Part shown: positions 42,388 to 58,089 of the stretch, piece by piece
How positions within the stretch are numbered: position 1 is the stretch's first letter
Layout of the letters: the number at the start of each line of letters is the position of its first letter
NCBI RefSeq assembly: GCF_009914755.1
Contig: NC_060934.1
DNA length: 64,000 nucleotides
Source of the DNA: the human T2T-CHM13v2.0 reference genome, Homo sapiens
Reading direction: 5' to 3' (one strand)
The notes under the pieces: model-generated
Seen by the model: the letters and a program-made list of their open reading frames with translations, nothing else
Database searches by the model: none
Told to the model about the DNA's origin: nothing
Program-made: the position numbers and the translations under genes

Positions 42388-42685
42388 GGCTGGGCATAGT
42401 GGCTCATGCCTGTAATTCAGCACTCTGGTAGGCTGAGGCAGGCAGAGCACATGAGGTCAGGGGTTCAAGACCAGCCTGGCAAACATGGTGAAATCCCACC
42501 TCTACTAAAAATATAAAAATTAGCCTGACGTGGTGGTGCACACCTGTAGTCCCAGCTACTCGGGAGGCTGAGGTAGGAGAATTGCTTGAACCCAGAAGGC
42601 AGAGGTTGCAGTGAACCGAGATCACAATAATTGCACTCTAGCCTGGGCAAAGAGTGAGATTCCATCTGAAAAAAAAAAAAAAAAA
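42388..42685 (+). mobile_element. AluS-type SINE
   Basis: full dimer with poly(A); degenerate TSD ctgt(t/a)aaaagt. Confidence 0.92.
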
Positions 42686-44794
42686 TCCTGTAAAAAGTAC
42701 CCACCATGTTGAAACAAGCCTGTGCTTTCAAATGCAAAATATTCCTTCCTTTCATTCCCCCTCCCTCCCTATCTGTAGGTTCCACAGGTTTAATCACATT
42801 CTGAAAAGGAGTGTGTGGCCCAAAGTGCTATGTTCCACTGCTTTATAGCTATACCCTAGGATGATAATGGCTGAGGACTCATCACTTCTTAGACTTGACT
42901 CCAGGTGACTTCGCAGTTTTTAGAAATCAAGTTTGCCTTAACGTGATTTTTGTTACCAAGAATACTCCAAAGAATGTATTAATACTTGGAAGTTAATTTC
43001 AAACGTAGACCTCCCACAAGACAATAGTGCAATAAATAGAGTCTCCTTAGATGGCTGTTTCCAAGGGAACTTCACTCCCTTGGCTATATAAATCCTGGTA
43101 TATACTGTTAAATTAGCTCAGAATTTATCCTGGCTTAGATACTTAGTAATTTTGTGAATTCAAATGAATTGAAGTGCATTTAACCTAATTTTGATAATCT
43201 GATGTTTAGTGAATGTATTAAATATTCCGGTCATCACCAGAGGCCATGATTCTCCTACAGTCCCACTCCAGGTAAGTCAGCTTCCTTTCTTCTCCTCAAA
43301 CAGCCTTTTGGATAACTTACAGGTCATCTGGCTGAGAAGTAAAGAGGTTGGACTTTTTGTCATTTTACAAACATGCATTTAGATCTTGTCCGTAGACCTC
43401 GGGAAAATTTCTCTGTGTCTAGGAGTCCTCATCTGTGAAATGGAAATAATACTTACCTCTGAGAATAGTTGAAAGGATAAAGAGAAGCTGTGTGTAAATT
43501 TTTCTGCACAGTACAGGGCACAGAGTGAACAGTGAATTAATAGCAGCTACTATTATGAATAACAGGATTTTCCTTTCACTGCATGGGCGTATCTTTGCCC
43601 ATCAGGGATCTTCACTGTGTTCATCATTCTTCTGTATCAGAAGGAGGAAGCCCATTTCCTGTGCCTGAATGTCAGAACTGTAAACTCCAGTCTCAGGGAC
43701 CTACCTCCTGGTTAATAAGGTTGAAGTCAGAACACGGTCCTGAAAGTCAGGGTCAGATTTCCATACCTTATTTGGTTGCTTTTTATTTTATTCTTTTAAG
43801 TCTCTGATTCACCAGAGTATTGAAAACTGGGCTCTCCATATGGGTGGAGAAGGTTAGTAGCCAATTCTAATAGTCATATATTTTGTGCCTAATGGCCCTA
43901 TTCCCCGAGAGTTCTCATTACTCTAAATGGTATTCACTCCCTGTCACCCACAAGGTCACCTCCATCCTAGCCCTGGTTGCTCAGTTTTTCCCACTTTTAT
44001 TTCTCTCTGCCCACCACTACCACAGGATCCAATACAAACTCCCTTTGTGTGTGTATAATGAGCTTAGCTTTTCTTTTGAAAGGAGCCATTTGCCTGTATT
44101 TGTGCTGTTTAGTTGTTGTTTTCCACTTTAAAAAGTGAACAGAGTTAGATAATATTTGACCGTTCCTACAGACATGGCCAAGACACTTCAAAAACACTTC
44201 ATCAAGGGATTTCACATTTTTGTTGCTTTTTAAAATACTTTGGCTCACTCTGAAAGGAGGCAAGTGGAGCTTGAAGTTCTCTTTCTCAAGGGTTAGGCCA
44301 TGAATGTGTTTGGAACAGATTTTGGGAATTGGAGTCTGAATCTGATTTAGGAGGCAGAATTTCAGTGTGGGAACCAGAACCTTTAGGAAAAAATTACAGT
44401 AACCGAAATGTTTCAACTTCGTAATAGAATGTTTGGATGAGTTACAGGAGGGAAAAAAGAGTAGCTCAATAACTGGGTGTGTGTGGCCTTTTTTTTCCAG
44501 GCCAGAGAAAACAAACGACTCTGAACTCACTGTCTTCAGTGCTGCTTAATCCCTCATAGAGAGGCTGTGGGAATTAGACATTAAAAGACATCAGCAAAAC
44601 ATCCAGAAAACAATTTATGTTCAAACAAAATTTTCACCCAGGCAGAATTGACTCTTTGTCCAAATTGCTGATACAATTTGATTCAAAGTCGCTATGGATA
44701 AAATTTTCCAGTTTTCTAAGATTGGGGATGTGGGTGGGTGACATTTCCTTATTTTTTCCCCTCTTTAACAGAATCATAGACTGATACTAATAAC

Positions 44795-45166
<372 letters not shown>

Positions 45167-46680
45167 CTACCTTCTGTTTCATGAATCTGAGTTAAATTCC
45201 TAAACGAGGAGGGGAAATTCCATCTTGTTCCTTTCTTTATACATTTAAAAGCTTTTAAAAAACACATAAAACTACCTTAAATATTGTCATGGTGAAAATG
45301 GGAAGATGGGAAGGCTTTAAGGCAAGTTACAGCTTTGCCTGTCATATAATAAATTTTATACCAGGCACTCCTAGTATAATGAGGATGTCTTTAAAGAACT
45401 GACTTGCATAAAAAATAGCAAAGAACATAAAATTGAGTTAGAAAAGAGTATCATGGGAATGATGATGATAATATTTGCCTCCCATGTGTCATCATAAGCA
45501 TAGTATAAATGCAAACTTTTTGGAATATCCATGTGATAGGAAATGTAAATATGAAAAGTGGACTCATTACTTTCTAGTCACAATATTTTTCAACCAGTTA
45601 AGGAGAAGCCAGTTAAAAAAATAATTCAAAATGAAAACGTTTTGATTTTGAGCCTTTTAATTTTTTAAATTTTAATTAAAACTTTCACATCTTTAATTGC
45701 CTAACTTTATGTCCTCTACATACAGTATTTCTGTATGAAGGATTCTGTATTTCTGCCAGTTTGTTAACAACAATTAAATTTAGGTGGTGCAAATACAGGT
45801 GTTCATTATACAAGCATTTCTCAAACCATATGCGCTGAAAAGCCAGTTTGTTTGTTTTTCAACTTATTGCAGACTAATATATTTGTAAAATATAGTAAAA
45901 ATGTTGTGATCATATAAAATTGCTATGAAGTTTTTAAATGCTTACTCTGACTTTCTGTAGTTACCGTGAACCAGGAATAAATGCTTCTTGTAGACATATA
46001 TGTATACACACATACATGTCCACAGACCACTCCTTGAGCAGTACTGAATTATAAATTTTTCATAAAAGAAACTTTAAGAATGTATTCAACAATATATGGA
46101 ATTATCAAGTGCCATTGCATGTTTTATCAGCTGTGCCAGCGTAGAGAGAACTTAGATGTGCTTTCAAGTATCTTTAAGACAGAGTGAGTTGTATAAATCT
46201 CTTGGAGACAAATCAAAGTGTGCCTCCCATGTGTGCTCAATGTAAATGTGCTTTTCTTTTGATTTTTGTTTTTGGGCCAGCCCTGTGGCTGCTACTGCAG
46301 CTCCCTGTGTGTTTAATGTATCAGATTCCCCCTGTGCTGGTTTCTCCATCTCACTTTGTCCCATTTATTTATGCTTTCCCACAATTGAGGGAAAATAACA
46401 TTTTCAGTCACTTGGAGGAGGATTGATTTTGTGTGGCAGGACCTCTAGATTCTGGCATGCTTTGGAAGTGGAAAAAATTTTCTTTGATGTTCTCAAGATG
46501 GTAGTTTGCTGAGTTCCAAGGAAAGGCCAGCAGGGCACACATGTAACAGTACAGCATTTTGGAGGCAGGCCCACTGCCATTTTCACCCTTGGAAGGCTAA
46601 TACAGGCCACTTTGAAGCCACTCTTTATTAGTAGATGTTAAAACGTTACCTCCTTAAGATGCTCTTAGAAATTGATTTTA

Positions 46681-46994
<314 letters not shown>

Positions 46995-48440
46995 CTAAAG
47001 TAGAGGAATCCTCTTACCATCCACAGCAGGCAGTGGTAAAGATATATTTTTAACAGCAAAAAGGAAAACCAAATCCCAAACAACTGTCACTCCAGCCCAC
47101 AGCCTAGAGAAATGAGTTGACAGCTCTGTGAAGAGGATGTCCAAACCAGTGTGCCTGCTAGAATTGAACGAAGCACCCACGTGGAGTGACAGTAACAGAC
47201 CAACTATCCGCTGGTTGAGGATTATGAAGACCAGCTGTCCACACATAAGGGATGGAAACAACATAAAACAGCAGGAAGGGAAAGGAAGAGGTTGGTGGAA
47301 CACACTGCAGCAAGGCCTGCAGGCCACGGCACAGAAGACTGACATCCCTGGGTTTGTGTCTGCAGAACTTGAACGTGTTCTGGATTCAGTCCCTCTAGCC
47401 ATGTAGTGGGAACTGCTTCAGCCAAAAAGGGACTCCCGAAACCGCAAGGCTCCATAAAGTGGCTTCCTTTCCAAAACCTGCTCAGGCCTTCTAGGATTTC
47501 TACTAGTTAATTGGGAGGTGAGGGGCAGAGAGCAGGACCACCCTCCCCACGATGGAAGGAATGGAGGGGACTCCACAGCAAGTGTGAAGGTGAGCTGTGA
47601 CCAGAGCTGAACACAGAATCTTGCTTTATAAATGAATATGCAGCCCACAGCTGTATGCCTGCAGCCCTGCCTGAGTGCATGGGCCACTGTGCATAAGAAG
47701 CCTGTGCCAGCTTGGAGGGACTCGAACAACGACATTCTCACTCCCTGCTCTTAGCCCAGGGCCATATAAGAGTTACAAAGATTAATTACTGTTTTCTGCT
47801 TGGTCTTTTGTGATGCTGTAGTTCACATTTTTTTTAATGCTTTTTAAATTACAACCAATAAATTTCATAGAAAGAGACTCCCCATCTCCACTCTAAATGA
47901 AAACAAGTTTCTTGGGAAAGTTTCAGAGAATCTTTCTTTTTCTAAAATCTTTCCAGATGGTTCTGCCGCATCATGGCTGGAACACCTGAGCAGGACCATT
48001 GTTCAATGTTCATTTCCAATTTAATATTTTTCCGTGATTCTAAGTTTGAGTCTAACCCCATCTTTTAGATACTATTTAAAGACTTAGGCAGGAGATGAGT
48101 TGTAATTTGCTTTTGTCTGGCAAATCCATTATTCTAAGTATAAATTTAAAAGGACATAAAGAGCTCCTAATAAGGCAATCCTGAGTAAAACACACTTTAA
48201 CCTCTGCCAGGCTTTGAGAATATCTGCTACCTGTAGATCAGTTGCATGCTAATTCGATATTAGTCACAAATTTCCTAAAGATTTGTATAATGCAATGGTT
48301 TAAAGAATAGATTAGCATGTTGGACCTTGTACGTAGAAGGAATAAAATTACATTGCTAGAATTCTGCCTTTCGGAGATGGAAATCCATACTACTCTGCCT
48401 CCTTTATGCTTCCTACCTTACTGAATCTCTTGCTTTGGGG

Positions 48441-48625
48441 CAGGGCTGGCTTCGTGGGCATGTGACCAATGCAGTCGCCCAGGGATCCACGCTTAGACGG
48501 GCCTCGTACTTGGTTTAATGCGCTGGGTTTTGTTTTTTTTTTCACCTTGAAACTCTTGATCTTCTAAAAAGAGAGCTTACATTTTCATTTTGCACAAGGG
48601 CCCACAAATTCTGTAGCTTGTCCTG
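48441..48625. mobile_element. MER91A-like hAT-Tip100 element
   Basis: cagggctggcttcgtgggcatgtgacc...cattttcattttgcacaagggcccacaaattctgtagcttgtcctg. Confidence 0.75.
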
Positions 48626-49341
48626 CCTGGAAGGTGATTCCAACTCCCTACTAATAATCAGAAATTCTCAGCCAATCCAACTTCCTTTCCATTTTTGTGG
48701 CTGTCATATTAAACTGTGTATCAAGATGAATGGGGAGAGGTGGCTTGTTTTGGGAGATTGGACATAGATCTTCTCCCTGGAACAGTGATGGGAAAAATAC
48801 TGCCTGTGTTTGGCCCATTGCCCCTTCCTAGCAAGACAGACTAGGCTTCATTCAATGAACAGGGAATTCAGCATATTACTATCACTGTTACTTTTGTGGA
48901 GCATCATAGGGAAGCCAGACTCAAAAGAATCCTTTCTCCCTTGCCTTCTGCTAGGGCTGGGCCTTGTACATATGTGTGAAGTAAATGGCTAACTTAACGG
49001 ATGTGTGGTCTAGCCAGCAGCTGCCATTCAACTTCCCTCTCTATCAGCACAGTGCTGTTTGCTAAGGAACCTGGAGGTCTACTCTTCTTCCTCCTTGGAT
49101 CCTCTGCCTCACTTGTGGTATTTAATTTATTACTTAGGGCTTTTCTTTTTTTCCCTAACCAGCCTCATACTCCCATCAAATGGGACCTCAGCAATAAAAT
49201 TAGAGGTGGGTGGACAAGGGGAAAAGACCTGATGGACTAGGACAGAGCAGGTCAGGGAGAAGGCAAGTTATTTCTCCAGGACTTTGAAGAGGAAGGAGGT
49301 AGTGTTTTGCTAAGCAAGATGAAGATTAAAACCTTCAGCAT

Positions 49342-49661
49342 TGCCGGGTGGTAGTGGCTCACACCTATAATCTCAACACTTTGGGAGGCTGAGGTGGGAG
49401 GATCACTTGAGCCCAGGAGTTTGGACCAACCTGGGCAAAATAGCAAGATTCTGTCTCTACAACATTTTTTTTCTTTTCTCTTCTTTTTTAAGTAGCCAGG
49501 TGTAGTGGCACATGCCTGTAGTCTCAGCTACTCAGGAAGCTGAGGTGGGAGGATCACTTGAGCCCAGGAGGTTGAGGCTGCAGTGAGCACTGTTTGTGCC
49601 ACTGCACTCTAGCCTGGGCAACAGAGTGAGACCCTGTCTCAAAAAAAAAAAAAAAAAAAAA
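49342..49661 (+). mobile_element. AluJ-type SINE with T-rich central linker
   Basis: both monomers present, A21 tail. Confidence 0.9.
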
Positions 49662-50082
49662 TCCTCAATGCTTCCTGAACCCTGTAACTAGATAACTGGC
49701 CCACAATTTATGTTCCAAGATATCCTGGATTTGGCATGACTTGTGACAGGGAGGAAAGAGGTCAGATGAAATCATCAACATGACATGTAGGCAGGGCACC
49801 TGGAGAAATAATACCCAGCTAAATTCTGAAAGTTGCAAAGATTCAAAAGAGAAAAGGATGGCATAGGTGTTTTGGTACTTACCAAGGGCAGAGGGTTTTA
49901 TGGCACAAATGGCCTACAGATGGGAGCCAGTCTCTTACAAAGGGCTCTGCATTCATCAGGATGTGGAAATGGGCTGGCTGGCTTTCAAATATGTATTGAG
50001 CCCTTGCCTTGTACCATGCACTGTACTAAGAGCTTCACATAGATTTTCTCATTTACTTCTCACAATAGCTTTAAGAGATAAT

Positions 50083-50600
50083 GCATTAGTCAGCACACCT
50101 TAGGTTGCAAGCAACAGAAACTCACTTCAAATGTATTTAAACAAAATGGGGAATGCATTGGCTCATGTACCTGAAAAGAAAAACGGGATACTTCAGGCAT
50201 GATAGATCCTTGTATTCAGTATTCTTAGGAATCTATTTTTCTCCAACCCTGTTTTGCTTTCTCTGTTGCCTCTATTCACCATTTGACTCTCTGTAAGATG
50301 GCTACTAGTAGCTCCAAGCTTACAACTGATGGAAAGAGTGCATCTTTCACAATATTCTAACAAAAATCCTGAAGAAGACTCTCACTGGCTTAAACTGAAT
50401 CACATGCTCATCGCTGACTTAATCTTTGATTAGCCAGGCTTGGATTACATGCCCACCCATGAAGCCTGGTGTGGGTGCAGCTCAAAGAGCCACATAGACT
50501 GAATGGAAGAGGAGTACCTTCCCAAAGGAAAAATAGGGGTTGTTAGTGGAAGAAGCTGGAATAGATGCTAGTAGGGAAAACAAAACAAAAAAATACTCAT
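50083..50600 (-). mobile_element. MLT1 (ERVL-MaLR) LTR remnant
   Basis: attagtcag...ggttgcaagcaacagaaactcac...ttggctcatgtacctgaaaag terminal motif. Confidence 0.65.
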
Positions 50601-53600
50601 TACAGGGAGGCACTATTGCCATCCCCTCTTACAGATGATAAAACTGATACAAACACATGATATCTAATTTGCTAAACATCATATAGCCCGTAGGAGGTCA
50701 GCTGAGGTTTAGAGATAAGCTCTTTGACTTTAGAAAGGTAACTTTCTTCACCACTATGCTGAGCTGCAAAGAATCTGGGGCAACATGGGCAGATTGGCTG
50801 GTCATACATTGCCTATTTGTGTTTTGAGGAGGACTGTGATCAGAAATGGGAAATTGACTTGAAAAGAGAGTACCTTTCTGCATATGCTAGCAAGCAGGAA
50901 GGTGGAATTCCATGCAGGCTGCCCACCTCAAGCAATGCAGAGACAGGTTGAGAGCATCTCAGGCAGGCAAGGTTCAGAGCTGAGAGTACACAGTTTATAA
51001 GTGGCAGCACCTCCTCTGGGCTGTGTGTAGGAAACACTTGACCTGGAAGAGTCACATGGGGTGTAAATCTGGAAATGCACTCTCCTGGCACTTCATCTGT
51101 CTTGGGGGATTCACATGCTCTGATTTTTCCAATTTCCATGGAACTTAAACCTTGATGCGAAAAACAATGTAAGGGCTGTGACTCCTACATGAACTGTTTT
51201 CAACCTGTCATGAAAATATTGTCATTATCACAGGAGGGGAGCTGATGGCAGGGAATGAGCCAGGTCTTCCCTGTTTCATTTCTACTCCCACCCACCATTC
51301 CCACCCCCTTTCCAGGGTAAAGAACATGCTTGATTAATGTTTGAATTTCTCCAGTGACATTGCTATAAAAGTGTTTGATTGCAAATATTCTGCTGTGCTT
51401 CTCCTGGTGGTCTAATGGTATTTGCTGCTGACTAAATAATGACTATTGTATTTAGCCCACTTACCAGCTCTTCATTACTTTGGGCAAGTTATTTGGCTTT
51501 TCTGACATTCTGTCTTCTCATTTGCAAAATGCAGTTAACAAATTTCTACCTCCCAGGGTTATCCTGATGATTAAGTAAAATAATTTGGATTAAGAATCTC
51601 ACCCAGTGCCTTTTAATTAGGACATGCTCAATAAATACTCATTTCTTCTTCTCTCATGTCTCAGATCAGTGCTGTCTCTAGGACAACACTTCAAAAACTG
51701 TTGAGAAAAACAATTACTAAAGTTATTTGCATACGACTGTTATATTTCATAATCTTATATACAGAATTCCTTGCCTCTCCCGAAAGGAATTTTCCACATA
51801 AAGTGGTTGGTGATGCCCTCCAGTCAGAGTTCACCAAGAACACACCTTGAGTGGACACCTTGGGGATACCCATTGCAGGTAGAACATACACCATGGGGGA
51901 CAGTGGAATGTCTCAGTAAGTGGGGTGTCAGAAAGGACCTGTAGGATTCAGGCTGGTGTTTTGGGGGAGAGATTAAGCAGAGAGGTTTTACAGTGGCTTG
52001 GATGCCTGCATTGCCAACACTGGAACAAATGAGATGAGGTGATCACATCTCAGAGAGCTCTGTTCCAACTCCAGAGGTTGCTCAATCAGAGCAGTAAAGT
52101 GGAAGATAGACTGATCAAATTGGGCATGGCAGATGAACTTTCACTACTGTCTTGATGTTGGCATCCAAGATAGTGGAAAGAGTCAGAAAAGGCTTCCTGC
52201 ATGGCTAGTTTATGGAAGCAGTGGCATTTGTTTGAGATTTCTCTTGGCAGTGCATCCTCCAAAGGAGTTATAATTGAGACTCCTCCTGAAGTTATGGTCT
52301 AAGACCACCAATAATCTCTGTTGTTTCTAGCATTTCTCTAAAACAAAAATGCAAGCAAGTACCCAAAAGAAAATAAGAAATGTATGTGAAAATGGAGAAG
52401 ATAAGCTCAAGGCTGGTAGAGACTTGTGATGACTGCTTCCAGGGGTCAAATATCAGTGAACAGAAAGCTTACTCTCCCTCCAGAAGCCCATCTAGTAGCA
52501 ACTACTAGCAGAGAATTCTTTTATCCTTAAGTCTCCCATGCTATAGCTAATCAACCTTCTCTATGCATGCTGAGTTATTGGAGAGGAGCAAGGTTATCTG
52601 TAGGAAAAGTTGTGGAATAAATATCGAATTCCTGACAGGCTCTGCACCCGGATCTCCTCGGCCTTCTAGGAGCCTCAAGTTTCCCCTCCTAAATCTACTT
52701 CCATAGGCTCCCCAGCCCGTGTCCTCTTTCTCAACAAATTAGTTTTTCTTTCAAGTCAAATAAGGTTACTTGGGAAAGGAAAAAAATCCTGCTTAGGTTT
52801 GAACAGCAAGAAATGCTTTTAATTCTCAAAGTGGTTATTGGTATCTTATCCAGAAATAATGATTTAATCCAAAGGAATGAAGAACAAATGGTGGAATATC
52901 AGGCATCAACTGTTCTCCTTTCTAGAAAAGTTTTTAAGTCTGATTTTTAAAAGCCTTTGTATGATACCAGGTAATCAGGTGCCTGTTCTGTCCCCTTAAG
53001 GGGCATTCTCTGTAGATGATTGATGATCCTCTTTAAGTTAAATAATGAAATATATGGGACTTTTCAGTTTGTCACATCATAATGCTTACTGACAGGTAGT
53101 TGTAATTATTATAATCTACTGAATTGTTTTTTACATACTTTGGCTATTACTAATGTGGGTAGGGTGATCTCAGCCAGTTGAATATACAACTTGAGATCAC
53201 GATTTTGCACCGGAAGAGATTCAGGCTGGGTTTAGTATCCAGAAGTGCCATTTATCTCTCCCCCATTTTGGAGTATTCGGTCCTCACAGGACAATGGGGT
53301 ATATGTTTGGGTTTTGCTATGCCGTCTGTAACCAACCATGGAAATCCAATTTGCTTTTTATTAATATGTGGCCCTGGCAACTTCCACTTTGACAATCTGG
53401 GCTAAAATGTTTTGTGAACTCCATCTAGGACAGAAGTTGAGCAGAGCCTCAGGGAACTCACACTGGACATATACCAAAGATGTCCAGAACCAGACATTTT
53501 ATACAGAGCTCTGTGGATTTGGACCAAGTCATGACCCAATTCTGGACACAGTTTTCACAAATGTGAGGTTGTCAGTAGATGGCTTTGGGGGAAGTGAAGC

Positions 53601-54048
53601 CCCACTTACAGCTCTCCTGGGTGTTGTAGCAGTGACCCTGAGCAAGACCCTCAGGTCACTCTAGAAGGACAAGGTGGATTTAACTGCAGATTGCAACGTG
53701 GAAGCCCCTGAGTTAAACCTGATGAGGTATGGAACAGGCTCCTTTTGGGGGTGATTATGCTCCTTACATAAGTTCGCATTTGAGGACAAATTTGAGTGGT
53801 CCTAGAGGAAAGATGTTTAGGGATATGGCAATAAAGCATTTACACAATATATTGGTGACCACAGTAAGAAAGAGTGATATAACATTACAAGCAGCAGAGG
53901 CGCTAAATCCCCAGTGTTTAAAGCGGTTGTTGTGGCTCCTTTCTTAGCTTGGGTTCCCTGGAAACCAATTAGATGCAAACCTTTCGAATTAACATTTTAT
54001 CAGGAGTGCATTCACAGGCAAAGAGGAGTGAAGATAAAAGAGAAGTAA

Positions 54049-54346
54049 GGCTGGGCACAGTGGCTCAAGTCTGTATTCCCAGTACTTTGGGAGGCTAAGG
54101 TGTGAGGATCACTTGAGCCTGAGTTTGAAGTCAGCCTGCACAATACATTAAGACCTTGTCTCTACCAAAAATTAAAAAAAAAAAATTAGCTAGGCGTAGT
54201 GGTGCGCACCTGTAGTCCCAGCTACTTGGGAGGATGAGGTGAGAGAATTGGTTGAGAGGTTGGTTGAACCCAGGAATTCAAGGTTGTTGTGAGCTATGAT
54301 GGCACCAGTGCATTCCAGCTTGGAGCAAGATCCTGTTTCAAAAAAT
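54049..54346 (+). mobile_element. AluJ-type SINE, diverged
   Basis: dimer recognisable, small internal deletions and a duplication. Confidence 0.88.
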
Positions 54347-57300
54347 AAGGTGGGGTGGGGGAAGGTAAGTCAGAGAAGGCAGAACAGCAAAGAACAGGTG
54401 GTGAATTCTCAAGCTGACCACTGCTTTGTGGCAAGATGACCATGGGGTCTTGCAGGAAGTCTTCTGAAAGGCCATATATATCTCTTGCCTGAGCTATCCT
54501 TTGAAGATAACAGGCTGAGAAACAGAAGAGTGCATCCTCATCTGTGTCCAGCTGGCCAAATTTATACTCTCCTGTGCATCAACTTCCACATACTTCTGGG
54601 TTGCACACATGTGGATGCTAGGTGGGTCCCTTGGTGTCTCACTCCTCAAGGGCAATAAGCAGCCCTCAGGCAGATGGTGTACAGCATGGGCATGAGGCAA
54701 GACACTGTCATGACGTACTCAAGAGAGACCGACAGACCAGCTGGCCCTGCAAGATGAGCAGTCTAGCAGAAGAGGTGGTAGCAGCAGACACCTGGCTGCT
54801 TGACAATGGGACAATGCAGGCTACTGGAAGGGCTGCTCAAGTCAGAGAGCAAGGCAAGGGCATGGATTTAGGGCAGTACATTTCCTGTTATCTCATGACA
54901 CTCAGTAGGGCAATAAAACAAAAGGAAAACAAGAAAGTTTGCTTTCAGCGCCTGGGGAAGCCAAGGGTCAAGACAGCTTCAGTTCAGAAGAAGTGACCCA
55001 ACAACTAAAAATATTCTGGGTGGTGGCAGTATTTTCACTGTTTAGAACAATGGAATAAAGAAATAGAATAACACTGTGGAAGCCAAAAGACATCACTTTC
55101 AATGCAACAAAAGGGTCCACAAAAGATGTCACCATTTGGAAGAAGGGATTGGGAAAGTTAATATTGTAAATCGTTTAGCGGGGGGGATTATAACAGGATA
55201 TTTATAATTCTCCTATTAGTTATATATTCTTTTTACAATGTAATTAGTATTATATTCTTTTTATGGTATAATTTTACAATGTACTATCAGACAAGAAAGA
55301 CAAAAAGAATTGATAGGAAAGATTATCATAGGCACCTTTTTAGAAGCCAAGATGTTTGGGAAGACAGGTGGGGACAATTAAGATGGCAATATTGATTAGA
55401 CAGGTTACTCTCTGACTTGGAGGGGGAAATGTATCAGGGTTAGCAAGAAGAAATGCAATAGGTGAAGTCAGTGGATTCAGAGTACTGTGTATGGATTACG
55501 AAAGACCTTGTGGAGAAACAAAATAAGGAGAGGGATCTGCAAATGTTCGAATCCTCTTATCACAAATTAAGGTCCAAGAACACCTCCTACACATCTTACA
55601 GCAGGGCTCCTCTGCACAGTGTGGACATTCTCATGAGAAAAATACCCACGTCCAAATGAGTAAGAATAAGTAATCATTAGAGGTGTCACCACAGGTGGGG
55701 ATATCTAGTAACAGACCTGAGAACTGTTTATGCCCTAGATACGAAGAATGAGGTTAAGGGGAGGAATATGACTTCTGCATGGCAAGAGAATGGCTTCAGC
55801 CTAGGAATTCGAGCCTGGGAATTGGAGCCTGTGCCATCAATAGGGTTCCTCGGTACATCTCATAGCCTGGTTTTTGCCACTTTCACAGAAGTCAGAGTAG
55901 GTATTAAAAATATGCAGTTGCATCTTATTCCCTTCTTCTTAACACTGGAGGGCTGAGATGATGGAGCAAAGTCTGATTTCATTTCTGGAGCCCAGACCCT
56001 GGGTACTGATCACATGGAAACAAGAAGCAGAAAGAGGGCCCACTGGGCAGGGACCAGAAATGACAGGGGGCAGGCTGAGGCCTGGATTCTGTCTGTGAAG
56101 CTCAGCACCTGCCCACTAGAAAAAAAACAGACCTAATGAATGTTGTGGGCTCTGCCAATTAGATTTGAAACTTTTCTTTTTGTCAGGAGAAGGTTTAGAG
56201 AGGGACGGACATACGGGAAGGAGCATCTAATAACACTTCTCCCCTAGATATGAACCTGCCTAGAAATATGAGGTGAGGAAAGTTGTCCCCACCTCAATAT
56301 TCCTGGCCCTCTCAGATCAAGGTCCAAGTCCCTTACTACAGCTTTCAAGACCCTCCACACTCCATTTCTAGCCTCACCTTGCAAGATTAATGACACACAC
56401 ACCCTGTCCAGCCTAATCAAACCGTGGGGCCTTCCTTGAGCATGTTCCGTGTGTCCCTGTCTCCATGCATTTGCTTGTGCTGCTCCCTCAGCCTGGAATG
56501 CTCGCCCTGAAACTCACTGGTTGCAGAAATCCTTTCCATCTTTCCCAGCTCAATTCAAGTAGCAGCTCTACGATGGACTTCTTGATTACCTGGGTGGAAG
56601 CATCTTATTCCTCCTCTGAACTCCTGTATCCCTGCGTAGCTCTCTCATGTGATTGATCAAATGCTACCTTGTAACAGAGATATTGAGGACAGAAACTAGC
56701 TTTCATCCATCCTTCTTTCTATCCTCTCATTGGTGCCTAGGCCTAGGATGGTGTCTAAGATAATGACGAGGAAACAGTGAGTTCAGCAAATATTTGCCAG
56801 CCTGAATTGAGTTTAAGGGTTCTTGATGGAAAATAAGGAGACAGCTCCAGAAGTGGAAGTGACCAACATTTCTTTCTCCTCTGCTTGCAGCTTAATAACT
56901 GTCATTTCATACCCAGTGATGGTGGATATCCTGGAGGTGACTGAACTGAGAGTCAGGAAGTGGAAGGATGGGAGACATGAATCCAATTTTTTTTCCAAAT
57001 GCGAAATATGTTGTTCTTGAAATGGGCAAAAAGCATGCTATGCTGCAGCACAGTGTCATTTCACAGCGTGACCCATCTGCTATAATTGCTCTGTGCACAT
57101 TTGTTCTGATATCTGGTCTGATTTGTGTGTCAAAGACCGAGTGATGAAGCCAATGAGAATTAGTGAGAATAGCCTCCAACTGAAAGGGGAAAATGGCACT
57201 GAGAACAGAAATGAAATGTAAGTGGGAGCAACTGAGAGACTAGCTAGCAGTTAAAGATCATTCTAGATTATTTTGGAAGTCAGATTGCTAAATAACACAC

Positions 57301-57679
57301 TTAACAATGTTCATTGTTCATTCTCATTGGCCTGAGAAGAGATTAGAACTGGAAACCAGGAAATCTAAGTTGTTTTCATAGTTCTATCTCTTCTAACAAT
57401 TAGCTCCAATTGGCCACAAATTTTGCATGTATGAAATGGTTCTGAGATACCTCACCAGCCATGTCCTAGAAAGTATGGAGCACAAGAAAGAAAGAAAGAC
57501 ACTTCTCTTCCAATTCATGTGCTGATAACTCCTGGCCTTTAATTCTATAAGAGGATTAGCTCATCCCGGATGACACAATTTGTGTCCATCCATCCCCAGA
57601 TCATTTAATAGGCATCTCCTGTGTGCCAGGCTCTACAATATGTTCTGGGAATGGAAAAATGAACATTAAAGATAACTTA

Positions 57680-58075
57680 TAATGTAGTTTAGATATTTGT
57701 CCCCTTCAAATGTCATGTTGACATGTGATTCCCAGTGTTGGAGATGGGGTTTGATGGGAAGAGTTTGGTTCATGGGGCAGATCCCTCATGAATGGCTTGG
57801 TGCTCTGCCTACAGTAATGAGTTCACATGAGATCTGATTTTTGCAAAAGTCTGGGACCTTCTCTCCTCCTTCTTCCCTTTCTAACTTATGTGACATGCCT
57901 GCTCTTCTTGCACCTCCCTCTATGAGTAAAAACTTCCTGAGGCCTCACCGGAAGCTGAGCAGATGCTGGTACCATGCTTTGCAGCTTGCAGAAGCATGAG
58001 GCAAATAAACCTCATTTCTTTATAAATTACCCAGTCTCAGGTATTTTGTACAGCAATGCAAAATGGACTAATATA
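57680..58075 (+). mobile_element. MST (MSTB-like) MaLR solo LTR
   Basis: gcagatccctcatgaatggcttggtgct...ctttataaattacccagtctcaggtatt...aaatggactaata. Confidence 0.85.
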
Positions 58076-58089
58076 CCTTCTGTGGCAAA

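Noticed and set aside
43997-44530. 177-aa minus-strand ORF downstream of BICC1
   Set aside because: Non-ATG start, no recognisable domain, composition typical of random AT-rich DNA
46995-47741. Cluster of overlapping ORFs in a slightly GC-richer patch
   Set aside because: No homology I recognise and no convincing splice or promoter structure; could be an enhancer but not supportable from sequence
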